From IMG/VR virus record IMGVR_UViG_3300045136_000267: a DNA stretch of 64,000 nt; one strand, given 5' to 3'. The number at the start of each line of letters is the position of its first letter. The stretch's first letter is position 1. The position numbers and the translations under genes are program-made. Source of the stretch: a virus. This document shows positions 17,433 through 28,096 of this stretch, piece after piece. The notes below the pieces were generated by a model. It did not search any database, was not told where the DNA came from, and worked only from the letters and a program-made list of their open reading frames with translations.

Positions 17433-19670
17433 ATGTATGTCTCGAATTTATTTAAACAAATTAATAAAATCATAAACGATACTGTAAAAGTCAATATTAC
17501 ACCTCCTTTCCAGGCTACTGCTCCTTTTTTATTGAAACAGGCCCAGTCTCTAGATAATGTAGGTAATGCTAGAAACTTTGGTACCTCACCTGTAGTAAAA
17601 TTAGCATCCTCAGGAGAATCGAACGAACAACAAAAAACTACTACTCCTACTACTAGTGAGCCACTCGCTTCTTTTTCATATGAAGAATGGCCTAAATTAA
17701 GACATAATTATTTAGGTTATGACCCTAATAAGCCTATTGATGATCAATTAGCAGAGGATAAAATCCCCTCAAATCCAAATGAAGCTTTTAAAAGGCCAGT
17801 TACTATAAGACAACTGCTTTCTCATTACAATACCTGGTTACCTCCATATCATGACTATGTAGTAGCTAACTCTCTAGCACCTATAAATACCGCTGGTAGA
17901 TCTATCATCGAAGATGCAAAAAAGCCTTTATCTCACTCTTTCTCTGATAGATATACTCGTTATCAAATAAATAACCTAGGACATACACCCGCCATTAATC
18001 CTGTATACGGTCTTAGTAGTAAAGACGCATTTATTAATTCATTGAGTCAGGCGGAAGCAGATTACAAAAGCGCAAAAGATAATTATATTAAGGCTCTTGA
18101 ATCAAATGCAACTAGTGAAGATATAACAAAAGCAAGAGCGGCATTTGATAAAGCGGAGAACTATTACGGGCATTTATTACATAGTTATCATAGTTTACTA
18201 AATAGGCCTTTTGGGCATAACTATATTCGGGAAGATGATGTTGAAGGTAATCCTCTTCGTATATTTTCTGAGTCAGACTTACGCCTAGATAATCATCCAG
18301 CAGCTTCCAACGCCCGTAATTTATTGCAACAATCGCCCGAAGTTAGATACATTTTAGCCGAGAAGATGGCAGACTTCTATAAAGATTTGATTAATTTACG
18401 CAATAGCCATCTTTTAGCAGGAAGTCCTATTTATCCACATGATTACGCTACTAAGATTAATGCTCTATTACATAGTAATGTATTTGCACGAGATGTGCTT
18501 GGATATGATTTTCCGGAGATACCTCTTCCAAAAAATGGTAACAAGGAGGAATTTGAAAATGCCTTAAGACTTTTTCAGGAATCGAATAAATTTTTCGACG
18601 CTTTCACGTTGAAGTCAAAGAATCAACCAATTGACCCAGAATATGAACTTAGAGATTTCCCCGCGATACCCTCTACAAATGATATTTCGTATAACTATCC
18701 ATCGTGGCTTAGACCCTGGGCCATATCCCACTCTGCACCTAAAGGAGAAGAAGTTGTAAAAGTAGATTCATATAATCCCGTTGGATTACCTGCTTTTTCG
18801 CCTATTAGAATTTCTACGTCTGAAGATGAGAACAAGGCTCCTACTGAAATTTACATTAGACCTCAAGCTTATAGGGAACTGCCACTTTTTACAGAACAAG
18901 ATACGGGAAGTCAGCAACGGGCTAGAACTTTAGTGCGCAATAAATCTAGAGATATAATACATGATTCGTTAAGTAGCCCTACTACATCTAGCTTAGCTCA
19001 ATTATCCCTACTAGCAAGAGCTGGCTTATTAGAGAAAAATAAATTTTATGCCGTACCTATCGGTGGAAAGCCAAATAATCCACTTTACATGAAAGTTCAA
19101 TATACTGAACCTACTGCTGGCTTTGGTGAAGAAAAGGTAAGTACAGGACCACCTAGCCTACAACCTTTAACTACTGAAACAAAAGACGGGCGTAAACTGC
19201 CCAAGCTCTATGCTCTTAGCCTTGTACCTGTACCAACTGAGAAAGGAATAGTTGTCCAGAGACAAGAAATTCCGATTTCAGAGTCGAGTGTTAAGAGACT
19301 AAATGAGTTCCAAGATAAGCTAGCAAACACGTTAGTAGATGCTAATACATCTACTATAATAAATCATTTGTCATCTGTAGTTCAAAAGCAGTTAAGGGAA
19401 CGTGGCTTGTATCATGAATACCTTGTTGACCAGTATATTTCTAACATACTAAAGGATTATAAGAATGAAATTTCCACTTATAAAGATATGGAAAATTTTA
19501 TTCAATTTGCATTTGATCATCCATCCTTTCCTGGTGGTCCAAATTTAAAAAATGCCGTCTTGGCTGAATTTGCTTCGCCTGGTAAAATTATAGTTGATCC
19601 TAATACTGGCAAACTGTATTTTAATAAAGGCAAAGTTCCTTCATCGTCAACTACTGGTATCGGTAAATAA
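17433..19670 (+). CDS. large Cys-free virion-candidate protein
   Basis: 745 aa; LLKQAQ and VVKLAS near the N-terminus; no Cys. Confidence 0.75.
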   Translation: MYVSNLFKQINKIINDTVKVNITPPFQATAPFLLKQAQSLDNVGNARNFGTSPVVKLASSGESNEQQKTTTPTTSEPLASFSYEEWPKLRHNYLGYDPNKPIDDQLAEDKIPSNPNEAFKRPVTIRQLLSHYNTWLPPYHDYVVANSLAPINTAGRSIIEDAKKPLSHSFSDRYTRYQINNLGHTPAINPVYGLSSKDAFINSLSQAEADYKSAKDNYIKALESNATSEDITKARAAFDKAENYYGHLLHSYHSLLNRPFGHNYIREDDVEGNPLRIFSESDLRLDNHPAASNARNLLQQSPEVRYILAEKMADFYKDLINLRNSHLLAGSPIYPHDYATKINALLHSNVFARDVLGYDFPEIPLPKNGNKEEFENALRLFQESNKFFDAFTLKSKNQPIDPEYELRDFPAIPSTNDISYNYPSWLRPWAISHSAPKGEEVVKVDSYNPVGLPAFSPIRISTSEDENKAPTEIYIRPQAYRELPLFTEQDTGSQQRARTLVRNKSRDIIHDSLSSPTTSSLAQLSLLARAGLLEKNKFYAVPIGGKPNNPLYMKVQYTEPTAGFGEEKVSTGPPSLQPLTTETKDGRKLPKLYALSLVPVPTEKGIVVQRQEIPISESSVKRLNEFQDKLANTLVDANTSTIINHLSSVVQKQLRERGLYHEYLVDQYISNILKDYKNEISTYKDMENFIQFAFDHPSFPGGPNLKNAVLAEFASPGKIIVDPNTGKLYFNKGKVPSSSTTGIGK

Positions 19671-19691
19671 TTAGCGAGGTTTATAATAATC

Positions 19692-20171
19692 ATGAGCAAC
19701 GAGTATTCTTTGGTAGATATAGTTAATCATTTAATTAAATCTAATTTAGAACCTAATCTCCCACTTTTAAAGAGGGCAGATGATCCTCCCGGCGGGAACA
19801 GCACTGGACCTAATACTCTGCCAACTGACGACCCACTAAATCGGTATATGAACTTCGGTATAGAGCAACAACGAGCTGACGCCGCTTTTCGCGAGAGGGT
19901 GCTTGAGAAATGGGGTCCGCTTTGGGACAAACTTGTTGACGCCAGAATTAAGCGTGATGAAACGTCTACCCAATTAGAATCTAAAAAAATCGAGGCAGAC
20001 AGTTGGGCAAAAGTGCTTAGTACTGTGACTCCTTTACTTCTTTTACTCATACAGTTGCGCAGCCTTCGTCAACAAGATCCTTACTTGGGTCCGCATAATA
20101 ATTATTATGATAGACTAGTATCTGGGTTAATGCCTTATGTTAGAAATGGATTTAATTGGTTTTCAGGATAA
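19692..20171 (+). CDS. virion-candidate protein with K-x-A leader
   Basis: LLKRADD; hydrophobic VTPLLLLLI; no Cys. Confidence 0.65.
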   Translation: MSNEYSLVDIVNHLIKSNLEPNLPLLKRADDPPGGNSTGPNTLPTDDPLNRYMNFGIEQQRADAAFRERVLEKWGPLWDKLVDARIKRDETSTQLESKKIEADSWAKVLSTVTPLLLLLIQLRSLRQQDPYLGPHNNYYDRLVSGLMPYVRNGFNWFSG

Positions 20172-20243
20172 AGTAGTATATTAATATTATTAAGTTTGAT
20201 TGAGTTGCCTCTCTCTATTTTTTTTCTATTCATTGGTGTTGGT

Positions 20244-20801
20244 ATGGAAAAAAACGCATATGGGATTGCTATTTCACAAGAAGAACATTCTGCTTGGAAT
20301 AAGCTAGATAAGCAAACTAGAGAATATCTAATTAATAAATATAAATTAGCAGAAATAGATGATGATAGACTCAATAGAGTTAAATTGGCTTACGAAGAAG
20401 CATTATCAATAATAAAACATGGAATTCAAGTTCAAGCACAAGCTACCCTAGTTCCTAGATCTGACTCAAGCCCTTCTACTCCTTTTACTCAAGAAAGTAA
20501 TCCAATTTTGTCAAATAATAAATCTATTAGGCTTAGTTTTTGTGTTGCCTTAGATTCTGAAAATGGTAAGAATATAGTTAATTTAGTAGATATTACTGTT
20601 CCATATTTAGATATTACTGAAGATGAGGATTGTATAGTACTCTCTTTTATGAAAGATATTAAAATTAAATTACCAGACTTTGTGTTGGTTAAATTTAAGC
20701 ATGATATTTTTGATGGTAAAGAACAGATCTTCCTGTTTAAAGCATCTTTTGAATCTAGTAACAAGTTTTTCTTAGTACTGACTACAATTAACCAAGATTA
20801 A
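20244..20801 (+). CDS. hypothetical protein
   Basis: ORF track 20196..20801; ATG 20244 is the likelier start. Confidence 0.6.
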   Translation: MEKNAYGIAISQEEHSAWNKLDKQTREYLINKYKLAEIDDDRLNRVKLAYEEALSIIKHGIQVQAQATLVPRSDSSPSTPFTQESNPILSNNKSIRLSFCVALDSENGKNIVNLVDITVPYLDITEDEDCIVLSFMKDIKIKLPDFVLVKFKHDIFDGKEQIFLFKASFESSNKFFLVLTTINQD

Positions 20802-20827
20802 GTGAATAATACTTGTAGGTAATAACA

Positions 20828-21430
20828 ATGCCGCTTTTTTTAACTACAGAAGCTAGAAATCGGGCCGTAGATGGGTTGACTTTTCCTATCCGTACTACCG
20901 GTGGTAATCAAGCTGGTACTTTGGAGATATTAGACAATATGTATGTTCCTCTTGTTACGTTTCAAAATGTAAAAATGTTTCCTGCTAGTGGTGGTGTAGC
21001 TAATTCAACAACCATCGCCGATACTCCAGCAACATTTGGAGGTACTGCTGTTGCATGGATGCTTAAAGAGGGTAATGGTACTCTCATAATCAGTGGAAAT
21101 GTAGGTCAAAGATATAAATTAATAGATGTAAATAAATCAGCAGGTACCGTTAAAGTAAAGGGAAATAAGACTGCAATCTTTACAGATAAAATTAATGTTA
21201 CATTACATAATAGTACAAATACTACATTGAATGTATATACTTTGCTAGGAGCGCCTGGATCCTCTTACAATTCTACTTTAGATGAAACTACTATTTTTAT
21301 AGGGGAGAATATTAGTCCATATACTGGTACATGGACTCACATTCATACTGGTGAAGCTGGCTTAGATAATGTTCTTATCGCAGAAGATCAGATAGTTAGA
21401 TTACCTGTTTTGAGAATAACGATAAGGTGA
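20828..21430 (+). CDS. beta-rich structural protein (fibre-associated candidate)
   Basis: Thr/Gly-rich; ARNRAVDGL...PASGGVA...GGTAVAW pattern recalled from phage structural modules. Confidence 0.5.
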   Translation: MPLFLTTEARNRAVDGLTFPIRTTGGNQAGTLEILDNMYVPLVTFQNVKMFPASGGVANSTTIADTPATFGGTAVAWMLKEGNGTLIISGNVGQRYKLIDVNKSAGTVKVKGNKTAIFTDKINVTLHNSTNTTLNVYTLLGAPGSSYNSTLDETTIFIGENISPYTGTWTHIHTGEAGLDNVLIAEDQIVRLPVLRITIR

Positions 21431-21439
21431 TAATAAGAT

Positions 21440-21859
21440 ATGGGTAGCATCTATACACATACTTCTGCAGAAAATAAAGGTCATATAATAGTTAATGCAA
21501 CTGCAACACCTAGTACAGCTTTATACTCTACTCCATTTGATAATTCTTCAGATCTGAATAAGTTTATGTATGCAGATTTTAAAATAACATATGTTCCTAC
21601 TTCTGGTGCACCAACATTGTCTCCTTTTTTAAATTTATACTTAATTTATTCTTTAGATGGTGGCGTAAGCTACGATAGCTACGAAGTATCGCCTGTTATA
21701 GATGTTGTACCAATTAGAGATAACATTGCAATCAAACTAGTAAAGAATATTTTTATCTTGCCTTATCCATTTAAATTAGTTGTGTTAAATATATCTAATC
21801 AGGAGTGCATAGTAAGTGCAGAACTATATACTAGACATATGGAGTTTAAGTTAGTGTAA
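21440..21859 (+). CDS. small beta-rich structural candidate
   Basis: LNLYLIYSLDGGVSYD...ILPYPFKLVVLN. Confidence 0.5.
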   Translation: MGSIYTHTSAENKGHIIVNATATPSTALYSTPFDNSSDLNKFMYADFKITYVPTSGAPTLSPFLNLYLIYSLDGGVSYDSYEVSPVIDVVPIRDNIAIKLVKNIFILPYPFKLVVLNISNQECIVSAELYTRHMEFKLV

Positions 21860-21877
21860 TCTATACTAGAATGAGTA

Positions 21878-23227
21878 ATGTTGGTTCCTCATATAGGGTT
21901 AAATTGGAGTCCAATAAGAAGTTTACACGGATATTCTACACATTTATTGATGGGGATAATTCCATCTGAAAGATTCTTCTCTTCTATAGGCTATAACCCT
22001 GTAACTTATTCTTTAGACTTTAGTGACGCTTCATTTAATGATTTCAAATTTGCTACTTCTACTTTAGATGCCCATCGCGGTATACCTGCTTTTCCTAAGC
22101 TGCCTCCAACTTCGACACTAAAATTTGAATCTGAAATTCCATTAACAAATGAATTTACGCTTCTTTTTGCTATTAGGCCTGTAATTATAGATAATTTTAA
22201 TCCAAGTGTAACTAAAGTACCTAAATTTACTTTATCTATCCCAGAATTAGACTTCTCTGTAACTGTAGATAATGAAATACCAAACAAAATTACTGCTACT
22301 AATCAGATACATACATTTTATTTAACTGGTTTTTTATCTAAGAATAATTGGAATTGGGTAGCTCTTTCTTCTGTTAGAAAGACTAGAAGGTTACATACAT
22401 TTCCACTTACAGTAAAACCTCCTTCTATTACACAAAGTACAACTATTGATTTTGATGCAGTTGAGTACGAAGGTCCTATTACGATAGAAATAAAATATGA
22501 GAGAAATTCTGCTCCAAACGATGATCCACCAGTAGAACCATATGATTCTACTTTACTTGGACCTGTTTTCTTACTAAACAAAGATCTTTCTTATGTCGAA
22601 ACATCAAATTTGATATCTATTATTCAACCAGAGAATCATAAGTTATTTAATCAGGCTGAAGGTACTAATTTACTATTCTTATCTTTTGCTGCTAATGAAC
22701 TTACAGTATCACCTGATCACTTTTTACGAAACCAAATTAAATTTGATGCATACATAGATAGTAATATTGAAAGTTCAACTATTGCTTATCTTGATCAATG
22801 GTTTGCTGCTGACGCTTCTCTTAATGTTGAGGTCACTACTGATATACAACACAGTCCTGATACTGAATTCTACAATTTTGTAACAGGATCTTTACCATTC
22901 ATTCTCGTTCCTACTAACTATACACATGAAGTAAATATTTCTGCTGATGTATTACTCGATTTCTATCCTACAATAGATTTTTATAATATCATTTATGTAC
23001 CTACTGAAAATCCAGTAGAACTTGATTATACGTATGCCCCGATGCTACGTATTCCTATCCATATGCAATTGACTATTACTTTTACTTCTTTTAGAATGGG
23101 CACTGTAAGTGTACCTATAGTACTTAAGCAGGCTAGTTGGTTGTCTATTTCCTCAGCAGAAGAAAGAGCTAGGTTTGCTAGAGATCCTAACAAAATTATT
23201 GTGTTTCCTTATCACAAGAGCAGGTAA
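21878..23227 (+). CDS. LamG/concanavalin-like fibre candidate
   Basis: EFTLLFAIRP...NNWNWVALS pattern resembling a degenerate LamG domain. Confidence 0.4.
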   Translation: MLVPHIGLNWSPIRSLHGYSTHLLMGIIPSERFFSSIGYNPVTYSLDFSDASFNDFKFATSTLDAHRGIPAFPKLPPTSTLKFESEIPLTNEFTLLFAIRPVIIDNFNPSVTKVPKFTLSIPELDFSVTVDNEIPNKITATNQIHTFYLTGFLSKNNWNWVALSSVRKTRRLHTFPLTVKPPSITQSTTIDFDAVEYEGPITIEIKYERNSAPNDDPPVEPYDSTLLGPVFLLNKDLSYVETSNLISIIQPENHKLFNQAEGTNLLFLSFAANELTVSPDHFLRNQIKFDAYIDSNIESSTIAYLDQWFAADASLNVEVTTDIQHSPDTEFYNFVTGSLPFILVPTNYTHEVNISADVLLDFYPTIDFYNIIYVPTENPVELDYTYAPMLRIPIHMQLTITFTSFRMGTVSVPIVLKQASWLSISSAEERARFARDPNKIIVFPYHKSR

Positions 23228-23230
23228 TAT

Positions 23231-25900
23231 ATGGCATTCCAAGAATTTGATGTAAGTCAACCTATAACCAATAGACTATCTCATCTAAATCCATTCTTGG
23301 ATTATTCTAGCCTATTCCAACCGTCAAACTGGACTAATGCTCTACGGTGGTGTCATCATCCTAATACTTGGATAGAATGCGATTCTAATATAAAGCCTAT
23401 TACACAACTTTCAGTAGGAGATAAAGTACTTGCAGATAACGGTAAATATTTAGAAGTTACTAATATAATCTCCAGAGAATATTCTGGGGATATGGTAAGA
23501 ATATATCCACATGGCGGTTTCCACTTAGATGTAACCGCAGACCACAAGGTTTATGTAATATTTGATAATTTCTCTGATGTACAACTTATCCCAGCAGTAG
23601 ATGTTACACCAGATCATTACATTTTAGTTCCATCTCGGAAAAGTAATTCTGCTGAAGTTAATGCTTCAGAAGGAATGTCTTTTATAAAGCTATCTAAAGA
23701 ATCTATTACTCTTCATAACGAATTGTTAAGAATAAATAATACCGACTTGATTCATAACTATCTACGCTTTTTAGTTGATAACTACAAAACTAGAGAAGAT
23801 TCTAATTGGTACTATCTTAAATTAGATGGAATTCCTGTATCAGATGCTTTTCCCGTAGTTTATTCATTAAATAGATTCTTAGACTCTATTGGAATGGTAT
23901 CTTATGTAGATGAATTATTTGAAATAAAGATAAAGAGAGATCTCCTATTTCCGATTCTTAACGACCCTTTTGTACCTAAACCTAGGACTACATTTTCTAA
24001 AGATGTTGTCTACAAAGACGGTTATATCTTTAGAAGGGTTAAACAAGTATTACATTATCACTACACTGGACCGGTATACAGTTTAACTATTGCAGATTTA
24101 CACAAATATGTAGCTAACGGCGTTCTCGTTGCCAATTGTGAGTACATTGTTATTAAGAGCGGAATTTTACGTTCTGCCATAGATAGAATTATCAGTTTCT
24201 TCATTACAGATATAGAAGTAGAGAACGCAGATAATTCTCTTAGAAAGAAATATTATGATTATCTTGTCAATGATCTGAGAATTAAGGAATTCTTAAGATA
24301 TTGTGCTTTTGATTACATAACTTATGGTAATTTCTTTGTTTCTGTTTTACCATCTATAAATAGAATAGCACGATGTCCCGAATGTAGTTTCACTAAATCT
24401 ATTAGTAAATTTAATAACAGAATTAAATATTCTAATGGTAAATTCCAAGGAATATGTGATAGTTGTGAAAAACATGTAGAGTTTAAAACCAAGGAATATA
24501 AAGATAAGAATAGTAAATTAATACTTAAAAGGTGGAAAATTTATGATATCAGATTATTTGAATTTGATGACTTTACTGGCAATTACGACATTCTATGGGT
24601 AATTCCTCAGGAATATAAAGAATTTATAAGAAATAAAGCTACTAATAGAACTATTGGATCAGTACCTAGAGAAGTGCTTGACGCTGTTGATACTAATTCT
24701 GATTTAAAATTTAACAGAGATACTATTTATCATGGGAAAGAAGAATCTTTGAGTGGAGTAAGACTCAAGGGTTGGGGATTAAGTAGAATCTTTTCTTGCA
24801 TCCAACAAGCATGGTACGTACAAGTGCTTCATAGAATGAATGAGGCTATTGCTTTAGACTATGTACTACCATTAAGAATTATTACTCCTATGCCTAGATC
24901 TTCTATGGAAGGTGGTGATCCTATTAGAGATATCAACTTCGGCGGTTTCTCTGCTAGATTAGCTTCTATTTTAGATATGCGTAGAAGGGATCCTACTTTG
25001 TGGCATATTTCTCCATATCCACTTGATTATAAATCTATTGGTGGAGATGGTAGAAATCTTGCTCCAAGAGAAATGTTTGAATTTGCAGTAGATCAGTTAT
25101 TAAATAGTCTGAGCATTCCAATTGAATTCTACAAAGGATCAATTCAAGTAAGCTCGGCCCCTTTTGCTATGAGAGTATTAAATTCTAACTGGAATCATTT
25201 AGTAGGAGCACTTAATGGTTTCTTATCTTGGTTATCAAATAGAATTTCTTCAGAATTAGATTGGGAACCTGTAAGAGTTAGACTAGCCTCTCCGACTCAC
25301 GTTGATGACATTAATACTCAGATGCTTAAGTCTAGACTTGCTATGAGTGGTCAGCTAAGTAAGGATGAAATGTTTAGCTCTATGGGTATGAACTATGAAG
25401 AAGATCTCAGGAGACAGTTAGAAGAGCAGATCCTGTCTGCTCAAGAGACTAATAAAGCTCAAGAAAGAATAGAAAAACTAAATCTAGGTAAAGACATGGC
25501 CTCTGGAGCTTACATGCAGCAAATGCAACAACAAGCTCCTCCAGGAGGCGTAGGAGGCGCTCCTGGTGGAGGAGGTGGTGCACCCCCACAACAGGGCGCT
25601 TCAATGGCTTATGATCCTGTATCTCAAATCTTGGCTAGCTTACCACAAGGTCCCATGCAAAATGTTAATCCTATGGAGCTAGATAATCTAGCTACACAGG
25701 TAGCTCTGTCTATTAGAGGTAGACCCGAGCCTGAGAAGGATTCCTTGTTGAGGCAGCTTAAGGTTAAGAATGAAATGCTATGGATGGTAGTTAAAGAGAA
25801 ATTGAATGATATGAGGGCTGCGGATAGCCGCCAAGGAGTAATTATGGGACAGCAACAAGCGGCTCAAGCAGCTGCCGGTTCTGTACAACCTCCTATGTAG
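23231..25900 (+). CDS. portal protein with intein, zinc-ribbon insert and Q/G/P-rich tail
   Basis: DYITYGNFFVSV, IYHGK...GWGLSRI...EAIA...PLRII portal-like blocks; CPEC...CDSC; 627 aa after splicing. Confidence 0.7.
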   Translation: MAFQEFDVSQPITNRLSHLNPFLDYSSLFQPSNWTNALRWCHHPNTWIECDSNIKPITQLSVGDKVLADNGKYLEVTNIISREYSGDMVRIYPHGGFHLDVTADHKVYVIFDNFSDVQLIPAVDVTPDHYILVPSRKSNSAEVNASEGMSFIKLSKESITLHNELLRINNTDLIHNYLRFLVDNYKTREDSNWYYLKLDGIPVSDAFPVVYSLNRFLDSIGMVSYVDELFEIKIKRDLLFPILNDPFVPKPRTTFSKDVVYKDGYIFRRVKQVLHYHYTGPVYSLTIADLHKYVANGVLVANCEYIVIKSGILRSAIDRIISFFITDIEVENADNSLRKKYYDYLVNDLRIKEFLRYCAFDYITYGNFFVSVLPSINRIARCPECSFTKSISKFNNRIKYSNGKFQGICDSCEKHVEFKTKEYKDKNSKLILKRWKIYDIRLFEFDDFTGNYDILWVIPQEYKEFIRNKATNRTIGSVPREVLDAVDTNSDLKFNRDTIYHGKEESLSGVRLKGWGLSRIFSCIQQAWYVQVLHRMNEAIALDYVLPLRIITPMPRSSMEGGDPIRDINFGGFSARLASILDMRRRDPTLWHISPYPLDYKSIGGDGRNLAPREMFEFAVDQLLNSLSIPIEFYKGSIQVSSAPFAMRVLNSNWNHLVGALNGFLSWLSNRISSELDWEPVRVRLASPTHVDDINTQMLKSRLAMSGQLSKDEMFSSMGMNYEEDLRRQLEEQILSAQETNKAQERIEKLNLGKDMASGAYMQQMQQQAPPGGVGGAPGGGGGAPPQQGASMAYDPVSQILASLPQGPMQNVNPMELDNLATQVALSIRGRPEPEKDSLLRQLKVKNEMLWMVVKEKLNDMRAADSRQGVIMGQQQAAQAAAGSVQPPM
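23351..24136 (+). mobile_element. intein (262 aa) with decayed endonuclease region
   Basis: N-term CHHPNT..., block B VTADHKV, block F VYSLTI, end YVANGVLVAN followed by +1 Cys. Confidence 0.92.
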
Positions 25901-26025
25901 TAAATTAATACTAACGACATAATGCAGACAAGATACTAGCTGTTGCTTTTTATTAAATTACTAGTTTATATTTAAATTTGTGAATTTGTTTCATACCCAC
26001 TATTTTTAATTGGAGAAATAAAGAA

Positions 26026-26313
26026 ATGGATGAAAATTATCTACTTCCTGACGGTTTTGTAGCTTTTGAACCAGACCCTGATGCTAAACCTATCATAGTA
26101 GAAGGTAATGAAAATGGACCTCAGCTTGATGGTTTCGTGCCTTTAAAGCCTGTACCTTCCAATCCAGTTAGATCTGGGGAACCTGAGGTAGTAGAAGTTA
26201 AAAGTGAAGATGTATCTGAACTTAAATCTGAAGATGCTCCTAGGAGACGTAGAAGGCGTACTGAAGAAGTTGTCCCAGAAAATTCTCCTGAAGAGAATGT
26301 AACAAATGAGTGA
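26026..26313 (+). CDS. acidic protein with an Arg run
   Basis: PRRRRRR; RBS ggag. Confidence 0.65.
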   Translation: MDENYLLPDGFVAFEPDPDAKPIIVEGNENGPQLDGFVPLKPVPSNPVRSGEPEVVEVKSEDVSELKSEDAPRRRRRRTEEVVPENSPEENVTNE

Positions 26314-26423
26314 TGACGATCATAAGATAGCCGCTTTTTTGTTTTCTATATCACCAGAAGTTGTGATAACTCTCATGACTCTAGTAGAAAGCGCTGTAGT
26401 TATTAAGAATCAAGAGGAAAGAA

Positions 26424-26831
26424 ATGCCTCTAAAGAGTAAAGCGCAGTTGAGGAAGCTATATGTACTAGAATCTGAAGGTAAAGTACCAAAGGGTACTGC
26501 AAAGAAATGGTTGAAACATACTAAGAATTATAAAGCTCTACCAGAAAGGAAGTCTAAAAAGAAAGCAAGTTTTGCTATCGACTTTTGTAAGTTTATGTTA
26601 AAATTATCAAGTTTAGAAACGAATCTTCCTAACAAAAAATTAGTACCATTACCTAAATTATCAATTACTCCTGGTACACCTAATATGGTTAAAGTATTAA
26701 ATACGATATCTAGAAATCCATATAGAAATGAAGTCAATATCGGTAGTATCATGGATTCGTTACGCGAAGGATTAGGTCCTTTTGCTAGCAAAATATTGAA
26801 AAAGCCACAATCACCTAAAAAACAAGTTTAA
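26424..26831 (+). CDS. basic protein, MPxKSKAQ-type small phage domain
   Basis: MPLKSKAQLRKLY...LPERK followed by KKAS. Confidence 0.65.
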   Translation: MPLKSKAQLRKLYVLESEGKVPKGTAKKWLKHTKNYKALPERKSKKKASFAIDFCKFMLKLSSLETNLPNKKLVPLPKLSITPGTPNMVKVLNTISRNPYRNEVNIGSIMDSLREGLGPFASKILKKPQSPKKQV

Positions 26832-26857
26832 ACGCATAGAGAACGAGGTAGCTAAAA

Positions 26858-28072
26858 ATGGATTTGCTACATTTGTATTTAACTAAATATGCTAAGAAAG
26901 CAGCGGATGGAGGTGAACGTAGTTTAGATGCTCTCTCGTCTTCTGTAGGAATGGAATCTGATTCGGATACTACTGATTCTGCTCCTGCGGCTGGAGGTCT
27001 CTCGACAGGTACTAGAGGCGCTACAGCAGCTACTACTGGAAGCACTGCTGTAGGGCCTGCTACTGGAAGTCCTGCTGCAGGTACTGCTGTAGGGCCTGCT
27101 ACTGGAAGTCCTGCTGCAGGTACTGCTGTAGGGCCTGCTACTGGAAGTACAACTGCAGGTACTGCTGCCGGTACTACTGGAAGTACAACTGCAGGTTTTA
27201 CACCTACCTCTGTAGCCGGAATTACTTCTCTTGAGCATATTCCTCCTTTTATTCTTTATGAATTAATTAATGAAGTTCTTCGTAGAGATTATAATAGTGG
27301 GTATAGAAACCCAATGCAATTTCGTCACGAAGAAATGAAGAAAGTAGACGAAGTGGCTAGAACAGCCTTAGATGAAGTCTTTAAGTCATTGCCTGAAATA
27401 GATAATCCAATAAACAACATATTAAAGGATGCACGGAGAGAACGGGAAGAACTTATGCGCCGTGGGGCACAAGCTGTGCTAGATTCTTATGCGGGTTATC
27501 GTACTTTGCAGGCAGCTCGTGGAATATATCCTAGAAATCCAGAAGCGGCTAATGTTCTTCAGAGTGAAAAACGTAGAAGGATCTTGGAACAAAGAATGTA
27601 CAATCATACTCTTGTTGCAAAGGAACGAGAAGCACACATTCAGGCTCTAGCACAGACTGTAAAAGGCTTAAAAGAGACAGCTCCTGTTCCATCTTTTGAC
27701 GAAGTATTTGACTATGCTAAGCTTATAGTTCCAAACACCTTTGGGATAACAGGTTATCCTAATAAAGCGAGAGCAAATGTAATACTAAAAGATTTAGCGC
27801 GTTATGCAGCACTTAGAGAAGATCCTGATTCTGAAGGAGTAGTTAATGGTGTAGCTGCTGCTCTTGATAGACTAAAGAGCGGGCCCGTATCTCAAGTAGG
27901 AAGAGCAAGAGATGAATATATTGTTGAAAGGGGCCTTAAGTATCTATCAGAGAAGTCTAACCTTAATGAAACTACCCTTATGAATGTATTTGGGGCTGGC
28001 AATTCTGAGTATAAGCATGTTGTAGCAAATGTCGTTCGTGATGCTGAAACGAGAAGGAAACTAGGCCTTTAG
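26858..28072 (+). CDS. Cys-free virion-candidate protein with K-x-A leader and repeats
   Basis: YAKKAAD; TAVGPATGSPAAG repeats; no Cys. Confidence 0.7.
   Translation: MDLLHLYLTKYAKKAADGGERSLDALSSSVGMESDSDTTDSAPAAGGLSTGTRGATAATTGSTAVGPATGSPAAGTAVGPATGSPAAGTAVGPATGSTTAGTAAGTTGSTTAGFTPTSVAGITSLEHIPPFILYELINEVLRRDYNSGYRNPMQFRHEEMKKVDEVARTALDEVFKSLPEIDNPINNILKDARREREELMRRGAQAVLDSYAGYRTLQAARGIYPRNPEAANVLQSEKRRRILEQRMYNHTLVAKEREAHIQALAQTVKGLKETAPVPSFDEVFDYAKLIVPNTFGITGYPNKARANVILKDLARYAALREDPDSEGVVNGVAAALDRLKSGPVSQVGRARDEYIVERGLKYLSEKSNLNETTLMNVFGAGNSEYKHVVANVVRDAETRRKLGL
27044..27196 (+). repeat. 39-bp coding tandem repeat
   Basis: actgctgtagggcctgctactggaagtcctgctgcaggt twice plus partial copies. 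Confidence 0.9.
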
Positions 28073-28096
28073 TACTAAACCTGCTTCTGACTAACA

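Noticed and set aside
25943-25972. sigma70-like promoter ttgctt-N18-tatatt (similar ones near 15099 and 50057)
   Set aside because: Non-ideal spacing and expected by chance in AT-rich DNA
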